Counted from the first letter of the stretch, positions 26,711 through 36,656 are shown. The stretch: 64,000 bases of DNA from Gammaproteobacteria bacterium (GCA_030037905.1 JASHPX010000117.1:108-64107), one strand, 5' to 3'. The notes: generated by a model from the sequence alone, not told the origin. Numbers and translations: made by a program.

Positions 26711-29352
26711 CAGTCCTCCCGCACCGCGCGTACCACATCCGCTCCCATGGCGGCGCGGCCGCTCCACAGGGCCGTGATTGCCGCCGCGCCGATCAGCGCC
26801 AGGCTCAGTGTCGCGAGTGTCGTCCACGGCACCGTCAGATCGATGCTCCAGTGGAACGACTCGCGATTGATCACATACACCAGCACGAGGCTGAGCAATA
26901 CTCCGAGCGCGAGGCCGCACACGACGGCCAGCGCGCTCTGCAGCACCCCCTCGCAGGCGAGCATCCCGAGCACCTGGCGGCGTAGCAGGCCCAGGTGCCG
27001 CAACATCCCGAACTGGCCGCGCCGTGCGAGTGCCGTGGCGCTCGCCGCCATGCTGATGCCTGCCAGGCCGATCAGCACCGCTACAGCCTCGAGCGCATAA
27101 GTGATCACGAACGCGCGGTCAAAAGCGCGCAGCGAGCGCTCGCGCAGCTGCGAGTCGGACAGCATCTGTACGGCGCCGGGGCTCTCGAGCAGGTTACGGA
27201 TGGCAGCCTCGGTGTCGGCGGTATCGGCGCCCGGGCGCTGCCAGATCTGTGCCTGCGTTGCGCTCGGGTCTGCCGTGCTGGCCACGTAATCGGCGCGCGA
27301 GATCACGACGGCGCCGCCGGGATGCACATAGTCGCGCCACACGCCGGCAATGAAGAATCTTTCGCGGCGCCCGGCGAGCGGCAATTCGATCCAACCGCCT
27401 GGCTGCCCCATGCCCCGGTCGCGCAGCGCTTCGGAGATCCAAGCCGCCCGCGCACCGCGCGGCGCCGCTCGCGCGCTCTGCACCAGCGGCAGCACGCTGG
27501 CGGCGCGATCCGGGGAGATGTTCTCGGCGATCAGCGTCACTGCCGGCTCGTCAGCCCGCAGGTACAGCGGCTGCAAACGCTCGAACTCGGCGCGCGCGAC
27601 CTGCGGCAACCTGACGATGCGTTGCTGCTCATCGGCGCTGAGACGCACCGAGTCGCTGCCGGCAGCGGCGCGCAGCGACAAGTCCGCGGGCAGCAACTTC
27701 ACCAGCCATAGCTCGAAGGAGTCGCGGAACGAGTGCACCATGATGGCCATGGCCACCATCAGGCTGAAACTGACGATGACCGCTGCGAGGCTCACCGTGG
27801 CTGAACCTGCGCTGCCGCGCAGCTGCGCGACGGAGGCGTCGAGTACCACGCGGCCGGTGTGCGGCAGCGCCTGCATGAGCGAGCGTGTCACTTGCGGCAC
27901 CAACAGCACCGCGCCGATCAGCAGGCACCCAACCGATAGATAGCCGGCCAGGGGCAGGCCGGCGATCGGTGGCAGCCAGGAGAGCAGGCCGCCCGCCAAG
28001 AGCAACACCAGCCCCGGCGCCGTCGTTGGCAGCCGCGCGAGCACCGGCTCGACGTCCCCGGGCTTGAGAGCCGCCGCGGGTGCGCGGCGTGCCGCCTCGC
28101 AGGCCGGCAACCAGGCACCTATCGCCGCCGCCAATGTGCCGATCAGCGCAAAGCCGAGCATTGCCCAGGGGTGTACTGCGAAGGTGGCGCGAATCGCGGC
28201 CAGCTGACGGTTGCCCAGGTCCGCGCCCAGATAATCGAGCACCAGCGTGGCGGTCGCGGCGCCGAGGGCCAGTCCGGCGAGCGAGCCGGCCAGCCCGATC
28301 GCAGCACCCTCGCCGAGCAGCGCGTAGCGCAGCTCCGCGCGGGTGACCCCGAGGGCGCGCAGCAGGCCGAGCGCCGCGCGCCGGCGCAGTACCGAGAGCG
28401 ACTGCGTTGCGAACACCAGGAAGGCTCCGGTGAGCAGCGCGACCAGCGCGAGCATATTGAGATTCACGCGATAGGCGCGCGTCGCGGTGGCGGCGCGGCC
28501 GTTCTCGATACGCGGTGTGGTGGCGACCACGCCGGGCGGCAGCAGGGCACTGAGACGACGGCGGAATGCCGTGGTGTCGGCGCCGGCTCGCAGCCGCAGG
28601 TCTATGCGATCGAGGCGGCCCAGATGTGCGAGCATCCACTGGGCTGCCGCGATATCCATCACGCCGAGCGCATCCGGATAGGCCGCGGCCGGCAGCACGT
28701 CGATGACGCGCAGCTGGCGTGTCGCGCTGCCGACGACCACGGGCAGGGTATCGCCCGCGCGCAGTTGCAGCTCATCGGCGGCCGCAGCGCTTAGGATGAT
28801 GGCATCGTGAGCGAACAGGCGCGTGACATCGGGTCCGAGCGCACCGATCAGCGCCGGCTGCAAGGCGGCCGCGCGGAAGGGATCGAGAGCCAGGATCTGC
28901 AGCGACTGATCGTCGGGCGGCGCACCGCTCGCCACCGATGCAGCGTGCGCTGGCGCGGCGGCTGGCGCAGCGCTCGCGGTTGGCACGGCTCGCGAGGGCA
29001 GTGCGACCTGCAGATCGAGCATGGGACTGGCGTCGGCGACCGCCGGATCGCGCGCCAGCTCGACGAACAGATGCTCATCGAAGCCGGCAGGCGGCCCGCG
29101 GATGATCAGATCGGCATCGCCGACCACGCGCCGCGTGGCGCTGTCGAATTCCGCCAGCGCGTCCGCATTGATCAGGTAAACCGCGACGCCCAGTGCTACC
29201 CCGAGAGTGATGGCCAGCACCGTGGCCAGCGTGCGCAATGGCTGCTCGGAGAGCTGCATGCGCGCGAGCAGCCGCCAGGTCACCCATCCGGCCCCGAGGT
29301 CGTCCCCGGGGCTGCCTCCGGGGCTGCGGGTCCTCATGGCGGCTTGCATCAT
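26707..29352 (-). CDS. ABC transporter permease with two FtsX-type modules (YbbP/AttFG-like)
   Basis: 881 aa. Two blocks of 4 TM helices are separated by large periplasmic regions. ATG 29352 overlaps the ATPase stop (ATGA). Confidence 0.8.
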   Translation of the reverse strand: MMQAAMRTRSPGGSPGDDLGAGWVTWRLLARMQLSEQPLRTLATVLAITLGVALGVAVYLINADALAEFDSATRRVVGDADLIIRGPPAGFDEHLFVELARDPAVADASPMLDLQVALPSRAVPTASAAPAAAPAHAASVASGAPPDDQSLQILALDPFRAAALQPALIGALGPDVTRLFAHDAIILSAAAADELQLRAGDTLPVVVGSATRQLRVIDVLPAAAYPDALGVMDIAAAQWMLAHLGRLDRIDLRLRAGADTTAFRRRLSALLPPGVVATTPRIENGRAATATRAYRVNLNMLALVALLTGAFLVFATQSLSVLRRRAALGLLRALGVTRAELRYALLGEGAAIGLAGSLAGLALGAATATLVLDYLGADLGNRQLAAIRATFAVHPWAMLGFALIGTLAAAIGAWLPACEAARRAPAAALKPGDVEPVLARLPTTAPGLVLLLAGGLLSWLPPIAGLPLAGYLSVGCLLIGAVLLVPQVTRSLMQALPHTGRVVLDASVAQLRGSAGSATVSLAAVIVSFSLMVAMAIMVHSFRDSFELWLVKLLPADLSLRAAAGSDSVRLSADEQQRIVRLPQVARAEFERLQPLYLRADEPAVTLIAENISPDRAASVLPLVQSARAAPRGARAAWISEALRDRGMGQPGGWIELPLAGRRERFFIAGVWRDYVHPGGAVVISRADYVASTADPSATQAQIWQRPGADTADTEAAIRNLLESPGAVQMLSDSQLRERSLRAFDRAFVITYALEAVAVLIGLAGISMAASATALARRGQFGMLRHLGLLRRQVLGMLACEGVLQSALAVVCGLALGVLLSLVLVYVINRESFHWSIDLTVPWTTLATLSLALIGAAAITALWSGRAAMGADVVRAVREDW

Positions 29353-30074
29353 GGGTGCGATGCGGCCGATACCTGTGGCCGCGCGGCGAGCCGGCCGGAG
29401 GCCAGCCGCAGAATGCGATCCGCGGAGCTCGCGGCCGCCGTGGAATGCGTGATCAGAATCGCGCCGGCACCGGTGCTATGCAGCTGCTCGCGCAGCAGCT
29501 GCAGGATCTGTGCGGCCGCGCGTGCATCCAGATTTCCCGTCGGCTCGTCCGCGAGTACCAGGCGCGGCTCGTGCACCAGGGCGCGCGCGATTGCAATGCG
29601 CTGCAGTTCCCCGCCCGACAGCTCACGCGGGTAACGCCGCGCGAGCTCGAGGATGCCGCAGCGCTCGAGGCAGCGCAGTGCGCGCGGCTCGCGTTGTGCG
29701 GCAGGCACGTGCAGCAGGTCGAGCGGCAGGGTGACGTTCTGCAGCACCGTCAGGTACGGCAGCACGTGGAATGCCTGGAACACGAAACCCATGTGTGCGC
29801 GCCGCAGGCGCGTGCGCTCATCGTCGTCGAGGCGCGCGAGATCCCTGCCATTGAACAGTACGCTGCCGCTGTCCGGCCGGTCGAGCCCGGCGATCAGGTT
29901 CAGCAGCGTGGACTTGCCCGCGCCCGACTCACCCATGATCGCCACGTACTCGCCCGCCGCGAGCTGCAGCTCCAGTCCGTCCAGCAGCGCGCCGTTGCGG
30001 TTGCCATAGCTCTTGCAGAGCCCCTGCACGTTCAGCAGCGGCGCGGGAGTCAGCTCAGGCGCTGGCGCAGACAC
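29349..30074 (-). CDS. ABC transporter ATP-binding protein (LolD/YbbA-like)
   Basis: Walker A GESGAGKST, signature LSGGELQRIAIARAL, Walker B LVLADEPTGNLD. Confidence 0.9.
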   Translation of the reverse strand: MSAPAPELTPAPLLNVQGLCKSYGNRNGALLDGLELQLAAGEYVAIMGESGAGKSTLLNLIAGLDRPDSGSVLFNGRDLARLDDDERTRLRRAHMGFVFQAFHVLPYLTVLQNVTLPLDLLHVPAAQREPRALRCLERCGILELARRYPRELSGGELQRIAIARALVHEPRLVLADEPTGNLDARAAAQILQLLREQLHSTGAGAILITHSTAAASSADRILRLASGRLAARPQVSAASHP

Positions 30075-30080
30075 CGCTAC

Positions 30081-30923
30081 CTACCGCGGCGGTGATGCGC
30101 CCGACGGCGCCGTCGTCTGCGGCGCTGTGGCCTGCGGCGCCGTGGCCCCTTGCGCTGGGGTTGCAGCGCCCGGTGATGAGGGGCTGGCGCTGTTCGGGCC
30201 CAGGTCCGCCCCGGGGAACAGTTGCTCGGGCGTTTCCGGCTGACTGCCGTGCACCTTGAACTGGCGTTGCTGCAGATAGGTGTTGCGCACGAACGCATAC
30301 GAGTCGTAGGCGCTGTCGATCAGCTTGTCCTCATCGAGCAGGCCGGAACGCTCATCCACCTTGCCGACCAGGTAGACGCCCCAGCTGGCGTACTGATTCG
30401 GCACGTAGGGATAGGGCTCCATGTAGGCGTCGCCCGCAAGCCCGAAGGTATCGCGCACATCCGAGGGGCCCAGGAACGGCAGCATCAGGAAAGGTCCACG
30501 ATGCAGTCCCCAGACGCCCAGTGTCTGCCCGAAGTCAGTATCGTGCAGGTCCAGATTCATGTGGGAGGCGGGATCGAACAGCCCGCCGATGCCCAGTACG
30601 GTATTGACTACGAGCCGTGCGACGTCATTGGCGCCATCGTTGAATTTCGCCTGCAGCAGATCGTTGATGATCGTGTCGCTGTAGGTCAGATTGGTGATGA
30701 AATTGTGGATCCCGTGGCGTACCGGCGGCGGGGTATAGCGCACGTAGCCGCTCGCCACCGGTCGCAGAACGGCGTGATCCAAGGCGTCATCGAAGCTCCA
30801 GATCGAGCGGTTCATGAGCTCCCACGGATCACCGGGGCTCGGCTTGCCTTCGGGCAGCGTCGCGCAGCCGGTTACGCCGAACATCAGCACGATGAGTGCG
30901 GCGGTCAGAGGGGACCTGAGCAT
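30081..30923 (-). CDS. mlaA: MlaA/VacJ outer-membrane lipoprotein
   Basis: 280 aa. Lipobox MFGVTGC. VacJ-type PWELMNRSIWSFDDALDHAVLRPVASGY...NDLLQ. Its stop is 6 nt before the ABC ATPase start. Confidence 0.85.
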   Translation of the reverse strand: MLRSPLTAALIVLMFGVTGCATLPEGKPSPGDPWELMNRSIWSFDDALDHAVLRPVASGYVRYTPPPVRHGIHNFITNLTYSDTIINDLLQAKFNDGANDVARLVVNTVLGIGGLFDPASHMNLDLHDTDFGQTLGVWGLHRGPFLMLPFLGPSDVRDTFGLAGDAYMEPYPYVPNQYASWGVYLVGKVDERSGLLDEDKLIDSAYDSYAFVRNTYLQQRQFKVHGSQPETPEQLFPGADLGPNSASPSSPGAATPAQGATAPQATAPQTTAPSGASPPR

Positions 30924-30979
30924 GGCTGCCAGTTTAGCAGCCGGTCGCGGCGACGCGTTGGCGCAGCGCGCCGTGTGGA

Positions 30980-32800
30980 TCAGCCGTGGTGCCGCGCCTG
31001 TTGCTCCTCCCGAATCCAGTCGCGTACCTGTTGGAGCATCGCGCGGAAGCGTTCACGCTGCACGTTCGACAGATGCGGCACACGCAGCGCGAGCTCGAGC
31101 TCCTGATTGGCGAGGCCGAGGTCGCCGTTGGCGAGATTGTACTGACCCATGTAGTAGTACGCGTCAGCGGTGTCGCCGGCGGCGTTTGCCGCCAGCGCAG
31201 TAAGCTGAATCTGCGGTGGGGTGGGCTCGACCAGGTTGAACAGGTCGAGCAGCAGCCGATGAGCCTGCTCGGGATTGCCGACCTTCATCAGCGTCTCGGC
31301 GTAATCGATGGTCAGCGGCACATTGTGGGGGAACAGCTCCTCCGCCTGCGCGAACTCGTCCAGCGACGCTCGGGTCTGGCCCGCTGCTGCGAGCGCCTGT
31401 CCGAGCGCCGAGTAGAGCAGCACCAGCTCGGGATACTTGGATCGCAGCTCGCGCAGCACCGGCACCGCCAGGGCGGCCTGTCCGCTGCGTATCTGTACGA
31501 GTGCCTGTCCGTAGCGCTCCGCCGGCGTCAAGGGTCGCGCGGCGCTCAGGCCCGCGTAGTACTGCGCGATATTGTCATCGGGCGTGGCCGCGAGCACGCG
31601 CACGCGTTCCTTGATGAAGGCGTAGCTCTCCGATTCGTAGTAGTGAGCCAGTCGCGGGAACTGCGAGGCCCGCTCGCGCGCGGCCGCGATACGCTCGGGT
31701 GTGACGGGATGGTCCTGCAGGATCGCGGGGATCTCGGTGCCCTGCAGGCCCTCGGACTGTGCCAGCCGCTCGAACATCGCGGCCATCTCGTTAGGGTCGA
31801 AGCCGGCGGCAGCGAGCAGCTGGATGCCCACGTAATCGGCCTCGATCTCTTCGCCGCGGGTGAAGTTGATGCTCTTCTGAAACGCCGCGGCCTGGGCCAC
31901 CGCTATAGCTCCCTCGGTCGCTTCGCCGTTGTTCGGGCCGTGGCTTGCGACCCCGATCAGCACCGCGGCCAGCATGGCTGCCATGGACTCCATCGACAGG
32001 TGCTCCTGGGCCACCAGGTCGCGCGCTATATGGCGCTGTACGACGTGACCGGTCTCGTGCGCCATGACGGCGGCGAGCTCAGCCTCACTGTTGGTCAGCA
32101 GGATCAAGCCGGTAAAGATGAAGACGTACCCGCCGAAGGTTGCGAACGAGTTGATTTCCGGATCGTTCATGCATTCGTAGTGAAACTGCTGATCCGGATC
32201 GTGCGCCTCGGAGGCCAGGCGCATGCCCAGCTGCTGCAGGTAGTCCTGGACCTCGGGGTCATCGAGCAGCAGATGCGCGTCGCGGATCTGCTTGATCACC
32301 ATCTCGCCGATCTCGGCCTCATCGCCGCGGCTCAGAGCCGCGTCTGCCGGACTGCCCAGGTCCGGCAGGCTGCCGAACAACTTGGTGTCGGAGGTCACGG
32401 TCTGCGGGACATCGACAGGCGGCAGGGTCGCCGTCCCGAGCGTGACATCGGTCTCGTTGACCGGAGGAGGTTGCGGGGCAGGGGTCGGCTTGGGATTGGT
32501 TGGATAGAGCGGATAGGGGTAATTGTTCTGCGGATAGGGCAGAGGCCCCCCCGTCCCCACCCCCGAGGGTGGTGCAGGGGCGGGCGCCGCCGAGTTGCCG
32601 GTCTGCGGGGACTGGGAGTCGGCGGAAGTCTGGGAGTCAGCGGAAGTCTGGGAGGCGGCCGCAGTCTGGGCGGCAGCGGCAGTCTGGGCGGCTGCCACGG
32701 TCCGGGAGGCAGCTCCGGGTAAATAACCACCCAGCGCAAAGCTCCACGAACTGCTCAGCATCAGCAGGCAGCCAACACAGGCAGCAAAGGTGCGGCGCAT
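30980..32800 (-). CDS. M48 metalloprotease with C-terminal TPRs (BepA/YfgC-like)
   Basis: 606 aa from ATG 32800, with AAGGA upstream. Signal peptide, HExxH (AHETGHVVQRH), and TPR-like C-terminal half. Unusual N-terminal hexapeptide repeats. Confidence 0.8.
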   Translation of the reverse strand: MRRTFAACVGCLLMLSSSWSFALGGYLPGAASRTVAAAQTAAAAQTAAASQTSADSQTSADSQSPQTGNSAAPAPAPPSGVGTGGPLPYPQNNYPYPLYPTNPKPTPAPQPPPVNETDVTLGTATLPPVDVPQTVTSDTKLFGSLPDLGSPADAALSRGDEAEIGEMVIKQIRDAHLLLDDPEVQDYLQQLGMRLASEAHDPDQQFHYECMNDPEINSFATFGGYVFIFTGLILLTNSEAELAAVMAHETGHVVQRHIARDLVAQEHLSMESMAAMLAAVLIGVASHGPNNGEATEGAIAVAQAAAFQKSINFTRGEEIEADYVGIQLLAAAGFDPNEMAAMFERLAQSEGLQGTEIPAILQDHPVTPERIAAARERASQFPRLAHYYESESYAFIKERVRVLAATPDDNIAQYYAGLSAARPLTPAERYGQALVQIRSGQAALAVPVLRELRSKYPELVLLYSALGQALAAAGQTRASLDEFAQAEELFPHNVPLTIDYAETLMKVGNPEQAHRLLLDLFNLVEPTPPQIQLTALAANAAGDTADAYYYMGQYNLANGDLGLANQELELALRVPHLSNVQRERFRAMLQQVRDWIREEQQARHHG

Positions 32801-32944
32801 AGAATCCTTCCAACGCGTCAGCCGCGGTTTGGACTTACCGTCTCCGAATGGGTTCCAGGCAGGCACGGTCCCCGCCGTCCCCGCCGTCTCCCGAGCTCCA
32901 CGCGCATCTGAGACGCCCCAGATACCCCGGACACCCCCCATACA

Positions 32945-34351
32945 CTACAACGCTTCCGAGGCATAGTCTGCCAGGCGCGAGCGCTCCCCCCGCACCAGCG
33001 TCACGTGCCCCGCATGTGGCCAGCCGCGAAAGCGATTCACGACATAAGTGAGGCCGCAGGTCGTTTCGGTCAGGTAGGGGGTGTCGATCTGCGCAATGTT
33101 GCCCAGGCACACCAGCTTGCTGCCGGGGCCGGCGCGGGTGACCAGTGCCTTCATCTGCTTGGGCGTGAGATTCTGGGCCTCGTCCAGGATGATGAAGCGG
33201 TTCAGGAAGGTGCGGCCGCGCATGAAGTTCAAGGAGCGGACTTTGATGCGGTTGCGCAGCAGATCATTGGTGGCCGCGCGACCCCAGCTGCCGCCCTCCT
33301 CGCTGTGCGTCAGAACCTCCAGGTTGTCCATCAGCGCGCCCATCCAGGGCTCCATCTTCTCCTCCTCCGTCCCGGGCAGGAACCCGATGTCCTCCCCGAG
33401 CGGCACGGTCACGCGCGTCATGATGATCTCGACGAAGCGATTGCGCTCGAGCGTCAGCGTGAGCCCCGCGGCAAGCGCGAGCAGCGTCTTGCCGCTGCCG
33501 GCCGGCCCGAGCAGTGTCACACAGTCGATATCCGGGTCGAGCAGCAGGTTGAGTGCGAAGCTCTGTTCGCGGTTACGCGCCGTGATACCCCAGACTCCGT
33601 GCCGCTCGCTGCGAAAATCACGCGTGAGCTCGAGCCGCGCCGCCTGCGCGTCCACGCTGCGCACGATCGCTTCGATCCCCTGGGGCTCCTCCTGATAGAC
33701 GAACAGGTTCGGCCACCAGGCATTCGCGGCCGGTCCGCTGATCTGGTACCAGGTGCGATCCGCCTCCTTCCACGAGCGCATGTCGCGGCCATGTCGCTCC
33801 CAGAAGTCCGCCGGCAGCAGTTGCACGCCGGTGTACAGCACGTCGGCATCTTCGATCGTGCGGTCGCTGTAGTAGTCCTCGGCGTGCACGCCCACGATCG
33901 CGGCCTTGATGCGCAGGTTGATGTCTTTGGACACCAGCGTCACGCGGGTCTGGGCTTCCTGGCGCTGCAGCGCCAGGGTTTGACCGAGGATCGCATTGTC
34001 GGCGCCGGCGCCGGGCAGCCCCTCGGGCAGTCCGGCCGACAGCGCGCGCGTCTGGAAGAATAGCCGCCCGCTGGGCGGTCGTTTGCCATGATTGCCGCTG
34101 AACCCCGATGGAATGACCAGCCCGGCGTCGATCTGCTCCTTGACGAGGTCACGCATCATGTCGTCGAGAAAGCGACTGACCTGGCGCGCGTTGCGCGAGG
34201 CCTCCGACATGCCCTTCTTGTTGGCGTCCAGCTCCTCGAGCACGACCATGGGCAGGTATACGTCGTGCTCCTCGAAGCGGAAGATGGCGGTCGGGTCGTG
34301 CATCAGCACATTGGTGTCGAGCACGAATAGCCGGCGGGGAGCGGACTTCAC
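32945..34351 (-). CDS. PIN-domain PhoH-like ATPase (PhoH2/YlaK-like)
   Basis: 468 aa from GTG 34351, which overlaps the bcp stop (GTGA). PIN motif LFVLDTNVLMHDP and P-loop LLGPAGSGKTLLA. The track ORF begins at TTG 34519 inside bcp. Confidence 0.85.
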   Translation of the reverse strand: MKSAPRRLFVLDTNVLMHDPTAIFRFEEHDVYLPMVVLEELDANKKGMSEASRNARQVSRFLDDMMRDLVKEQIDAGLVIPSGFSGNHGKRPPSGRLFFQTRALSAGLPEGLPGAGADNAILGQTLALQRQEAQTRVTLVSKDINLRIKAAIVGVHAEDYYSDRTIEDADVLYTGVQLLPADFWERHGRDMRSWKEADRTWYQISGPAANAWWPNLFVYQEEPQGIEAIVRSVDAQAARLELTRDFRSERHGVWGITARNREQSFALNLLLDPDIDCVTLLGPAGSGKTLLALAAGLTLTLERNRFVEIIMTRVTVPLGEDIGFLPGTEEEKMEPWMGALMDNLEVLTHSEEGGSWGRAATNDLLRNRIKVRSLNFMRGRTFLNRFIILDEAQNLTPKQMKALVTRAGPGSKLVCLGNIAQIDTPYLTETTCGLTYVVNRFRGWPHAGHVTLVRGERSRLADYASEAL

Positions 34352-34986
34352 AGCGATTCGGCGGCCGCCAGCACCGCTTGGGCGTGTCCACTCACCTGCA
34401 CCTTGCGCCATTCCCGGCGCAGCACTCCGTGCGAGTCGAGCAGGAAGGTGCTGCGCTCGACGCCGGGAAAGGAACGGCCATAGAGATGCTTCAGCCGGAT
34501 GACGTCGAACTGGCGGCAAATCGTCTCGTCGGCATCGGAAAGCAGCGCGAACGGGAATCCCATCTTGTCGCGGAACTTCTCGTGCGAGGCGAGGCTATCG
34601 CGCGAGATCCCCACGATATCGGTGCCGGCAGCGGCAAAGCGCGGCGCGAGAGCAGCGAAATCCCGTCCCTCGAGCGTGCAGCCGGGCGTGTTGTCGCGCG
34701 GGTAGAAGTAGATCACCAGCTTGCGGCCGCGCGCTTGCGACAGCTGCCAGTCGGAGCCGCCAGTGGCGGGAAGTGAGAAATCCGCCACGGCGGTCCCGAG
34801 CGCCACCGTGGCCGGCGCCTTCGGGCGGCTCGAGGCCGCGGGGCCGGTTGCCGCGGCGCGGCTCGCAGTCCTGCGGGCGCCTCGTCCCTGCCGAGCCTTG
34901 GTGATGTGCTCGCCGGCTCGGGCGTTGCGCGCCGTCGGCGGTGTGCGCGGTGTGCGCGGGGTTCGGGTGGTGCGGGGGCTGCTCAT
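34348..34986 (-). CDS. bcp: Peroxiredoxin Bcp (thiol peroxidase), possibly with a basic N-terminal extension
   Basis: Motif LVIYFYPRDNTPGCTLEG (peroxidatic Cys). ATG 34986 overlaps the gcvR-like stop (ATGA). An internal GTG at 34806 would give a standard ~152-aa Bcp. Confidence 0.85.
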   Translation of the reverse strand: MSSPRTTRTPRTPRTPPTARNARAGEHITKARQGRGARRTASRAAATGPAASSRPKAPATVALGTAVADFSLPATGGSDWQLSQARGRKLVIYFYPRDNTPGCTLEGRDFAALAPRFAAAGTDIVGISRDSLASHEKFRDKMGFPFALLSDADETICRQFDVIRLKHLYGRSFPGVERSTFLLDSHGVLRREWRKVQVSGHAQAVLAAAESL

Positions 34987-35525
34987 GATTTCACCGGTTC
35001 GAGGATGGCGTCCAGGTTCAGCGAGTCACAGAAGTCCATGAACTCCTCGCGCAGCTGCGCGATGTGCAGCTTGGCGGGCACCTGCACCACCATCTGCGTG
35101 GCGAACATGGGTGCACCGGTATGGGCCGCCGCATAGGCGCGCGTCGATACGTCACTGATATCGATCCCGCGGGAGGCGAAGAACCCCGATAACCCGGCGA
35201 CGATACCCGTCTGATCCAGGCTCACGATGTCTACGGAGTAGGGCAGCATGTCCGTACGAGCGGTGCGCGGCTCGGTGCGCTTCAGATGCACGCTGAGGCC
35301 GCTGCCGTCGGCCAGCCGCGTCAGCTCCGATTCGATGCGCGCCAGTGCATGCCAGTTGCCGCTCACCAGCAACAACATGGCGAACTCGGCGCCCAGCGCC
35401 GTCATGCGGCTCTCGGCGACGTTGCCACCACATTCACTGATGATGCGCGTAAGCTCGTGGACCATGCCCGTGCGGTCGCTACCGATGGCGGAGACGGCGA
35501 GATGCTGTTTCATCGGGTCGGACAT
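34983..35525 (-). CDS. gcvR: GcvR-like tandem ACT-domain regulator
   Basis: 180 aa from ATG 35525. MSDPMKQHLAVSAIGSDRTGMVHELTRIISECGGNVAESRMTALGAEFAMLLLVSG parallels the E. coli GcvR N-terminus. gcvR-bcp lies next to dapA, as in E. coli. Confidence 0.75.
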   Translation of the reverse strand: MSDPMKQHLAVSAIGSDRTGMVHELTRIISECGGNVAESRMTALGAEFAMLLLVSGNWHALARIESELTRLADGSGLSVHLKRTEPRTARTDMLPYSVDIVSLDQTGIVAGLSGFFASRGIDISDVSTRAYAAAHTGAPMFATQMVVQVPAKLHIAQLREEFMDFCDSLNLDAILEPVKS

Positions 35526-35660
35526 CGCAGTGGTGCCGGGCAGTGTACCGGGACTCAGGCGCCTTGCGAACGGCCAGAACCGCGCGGCTTGCGCCCGGGG
35601 ACCGCTGGCCCGTAACATCGCGCGCCCCGGGGTTCGTTTCAACGTATTCATAAGCTGAGA

Positions 35661-36656
35661 ATGTTTTCAGGCAGTCTGGTTGCAATCGTGACACCGATGC
35701 ACGCCGATGGCGGCATCGACTGGTCTGCTTGGGAACGGCTGCTCGAGCTGCACGTGACCGCCGGCACGGCGGGCATCGTCGTCGGGGGCACGACCGGCGA
35801 GGCGGCTACGCTCACCGAGGCGGAGCTGTTGCAGCTGCTCTCGCGTGCCCGGCCGCTGCTGCGTAATCGCGTGGCACTGATCGCGGGCGCCGGGGAGAGC
35901 AGCACGGCCGCCACGGTGGAGCGGGTGCGACGGCTATCGGCTGCAGGGGTCGATGGACTGCTGGTCGTGACGCCCGCCTACAACCGCCCGACGCAGGAGG
36001 GGTTGTATCGGCACTTCGAGGCCGTGGCGGCAGCCTCCGAGGTGCCCGTGGTGCTCTACAACGTTCCGACGCGCACGGCGGTCGATCTGCTCCCGGCCAC
36101 TGTCGCGCGCCTGGTGCAACTGCCGCGCATCGTGGCCATCAAGGAAGCCTGCTCGAGCGGGGCCGTGCAGCGCGTGCGCGAGCTCGTGAGCCTTACCCGG
36201 GATGCGCAGGGCAGCCGGTTCAGCGTGTTGTCCGGTGATGATGGCAGTTGCGCCGAGGCGATGCTCAACGGCGCCCGTGGCGTGATCTCCGTGACGGCGA
36301 ACGTCGTGCCCGAGGCGATGGTGCGGCTGTGTGCGCTGGCCACGAAGGCAGAGCGAACCGCGGTGCAGCAACTCGACGCTTGTTTGAATGCGCTGCACCA
36401 GGCGCTGTTCGTCGAAACCAGCCCGATTCCGGTCAAATGGACGTTGGCGCAGCAGGGACGTATCGGCCCGGGCATCCGCCTCCCTCTGACGCCGTTGTCC
36501 GAACCGCTGCACGCCCGCGTGCGCGCCGCGCTCGAGGGCACGCAGCGGCAGCTGCAAGCGCTGCAGCTGCCGGTCGCGGCGCCTGCACCGGTGCCGCCGG
36601 CCCTGGCGGGTGCCGCCGGTCACAAAGCGTCAGTCAGTCAGGCGAAGTTCGCGTGA
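35661..36656 (+). CDS. dapA: 4-hydroxy-tetrahydrodipicolinate synthase
   Basis: 331 aa. Motifs GSLVAIVTPM, GTTGEAATLT, VAIKEA (Schiff-base Lys context). Carries a ~35-aa Pro/Ala-rich C-terminal extension. Confidence 0.92.
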   Translation: MFSGSLVAIVTPMHADGGIDWSAWERLLELHVTAGTAGIVVGGTTGEAATLTEAELLQLLSRARPLLRNRVALIAGAGESSTAATVERVRRLSAAGVDGLLVVTPAYNRPTQEGLYRHFEAVAAASEVPVVLYNVPTRTAVDLLPATVARLVQLPRIVAIKEACSSGAVQRVRELVSLTRDAQGSRFSVLSGDDGSCAEAMLNGARGVISVTANVVPEAMVRLCALATKAERTAVQQLDACLNALHQALFVETSPIPVKWTLAQQGRIGPGIRLPLTPLSEPLHARVRAALEGTQRQLQALQLPVAAPAPVPPALAGAAGHKASVSQAKFA

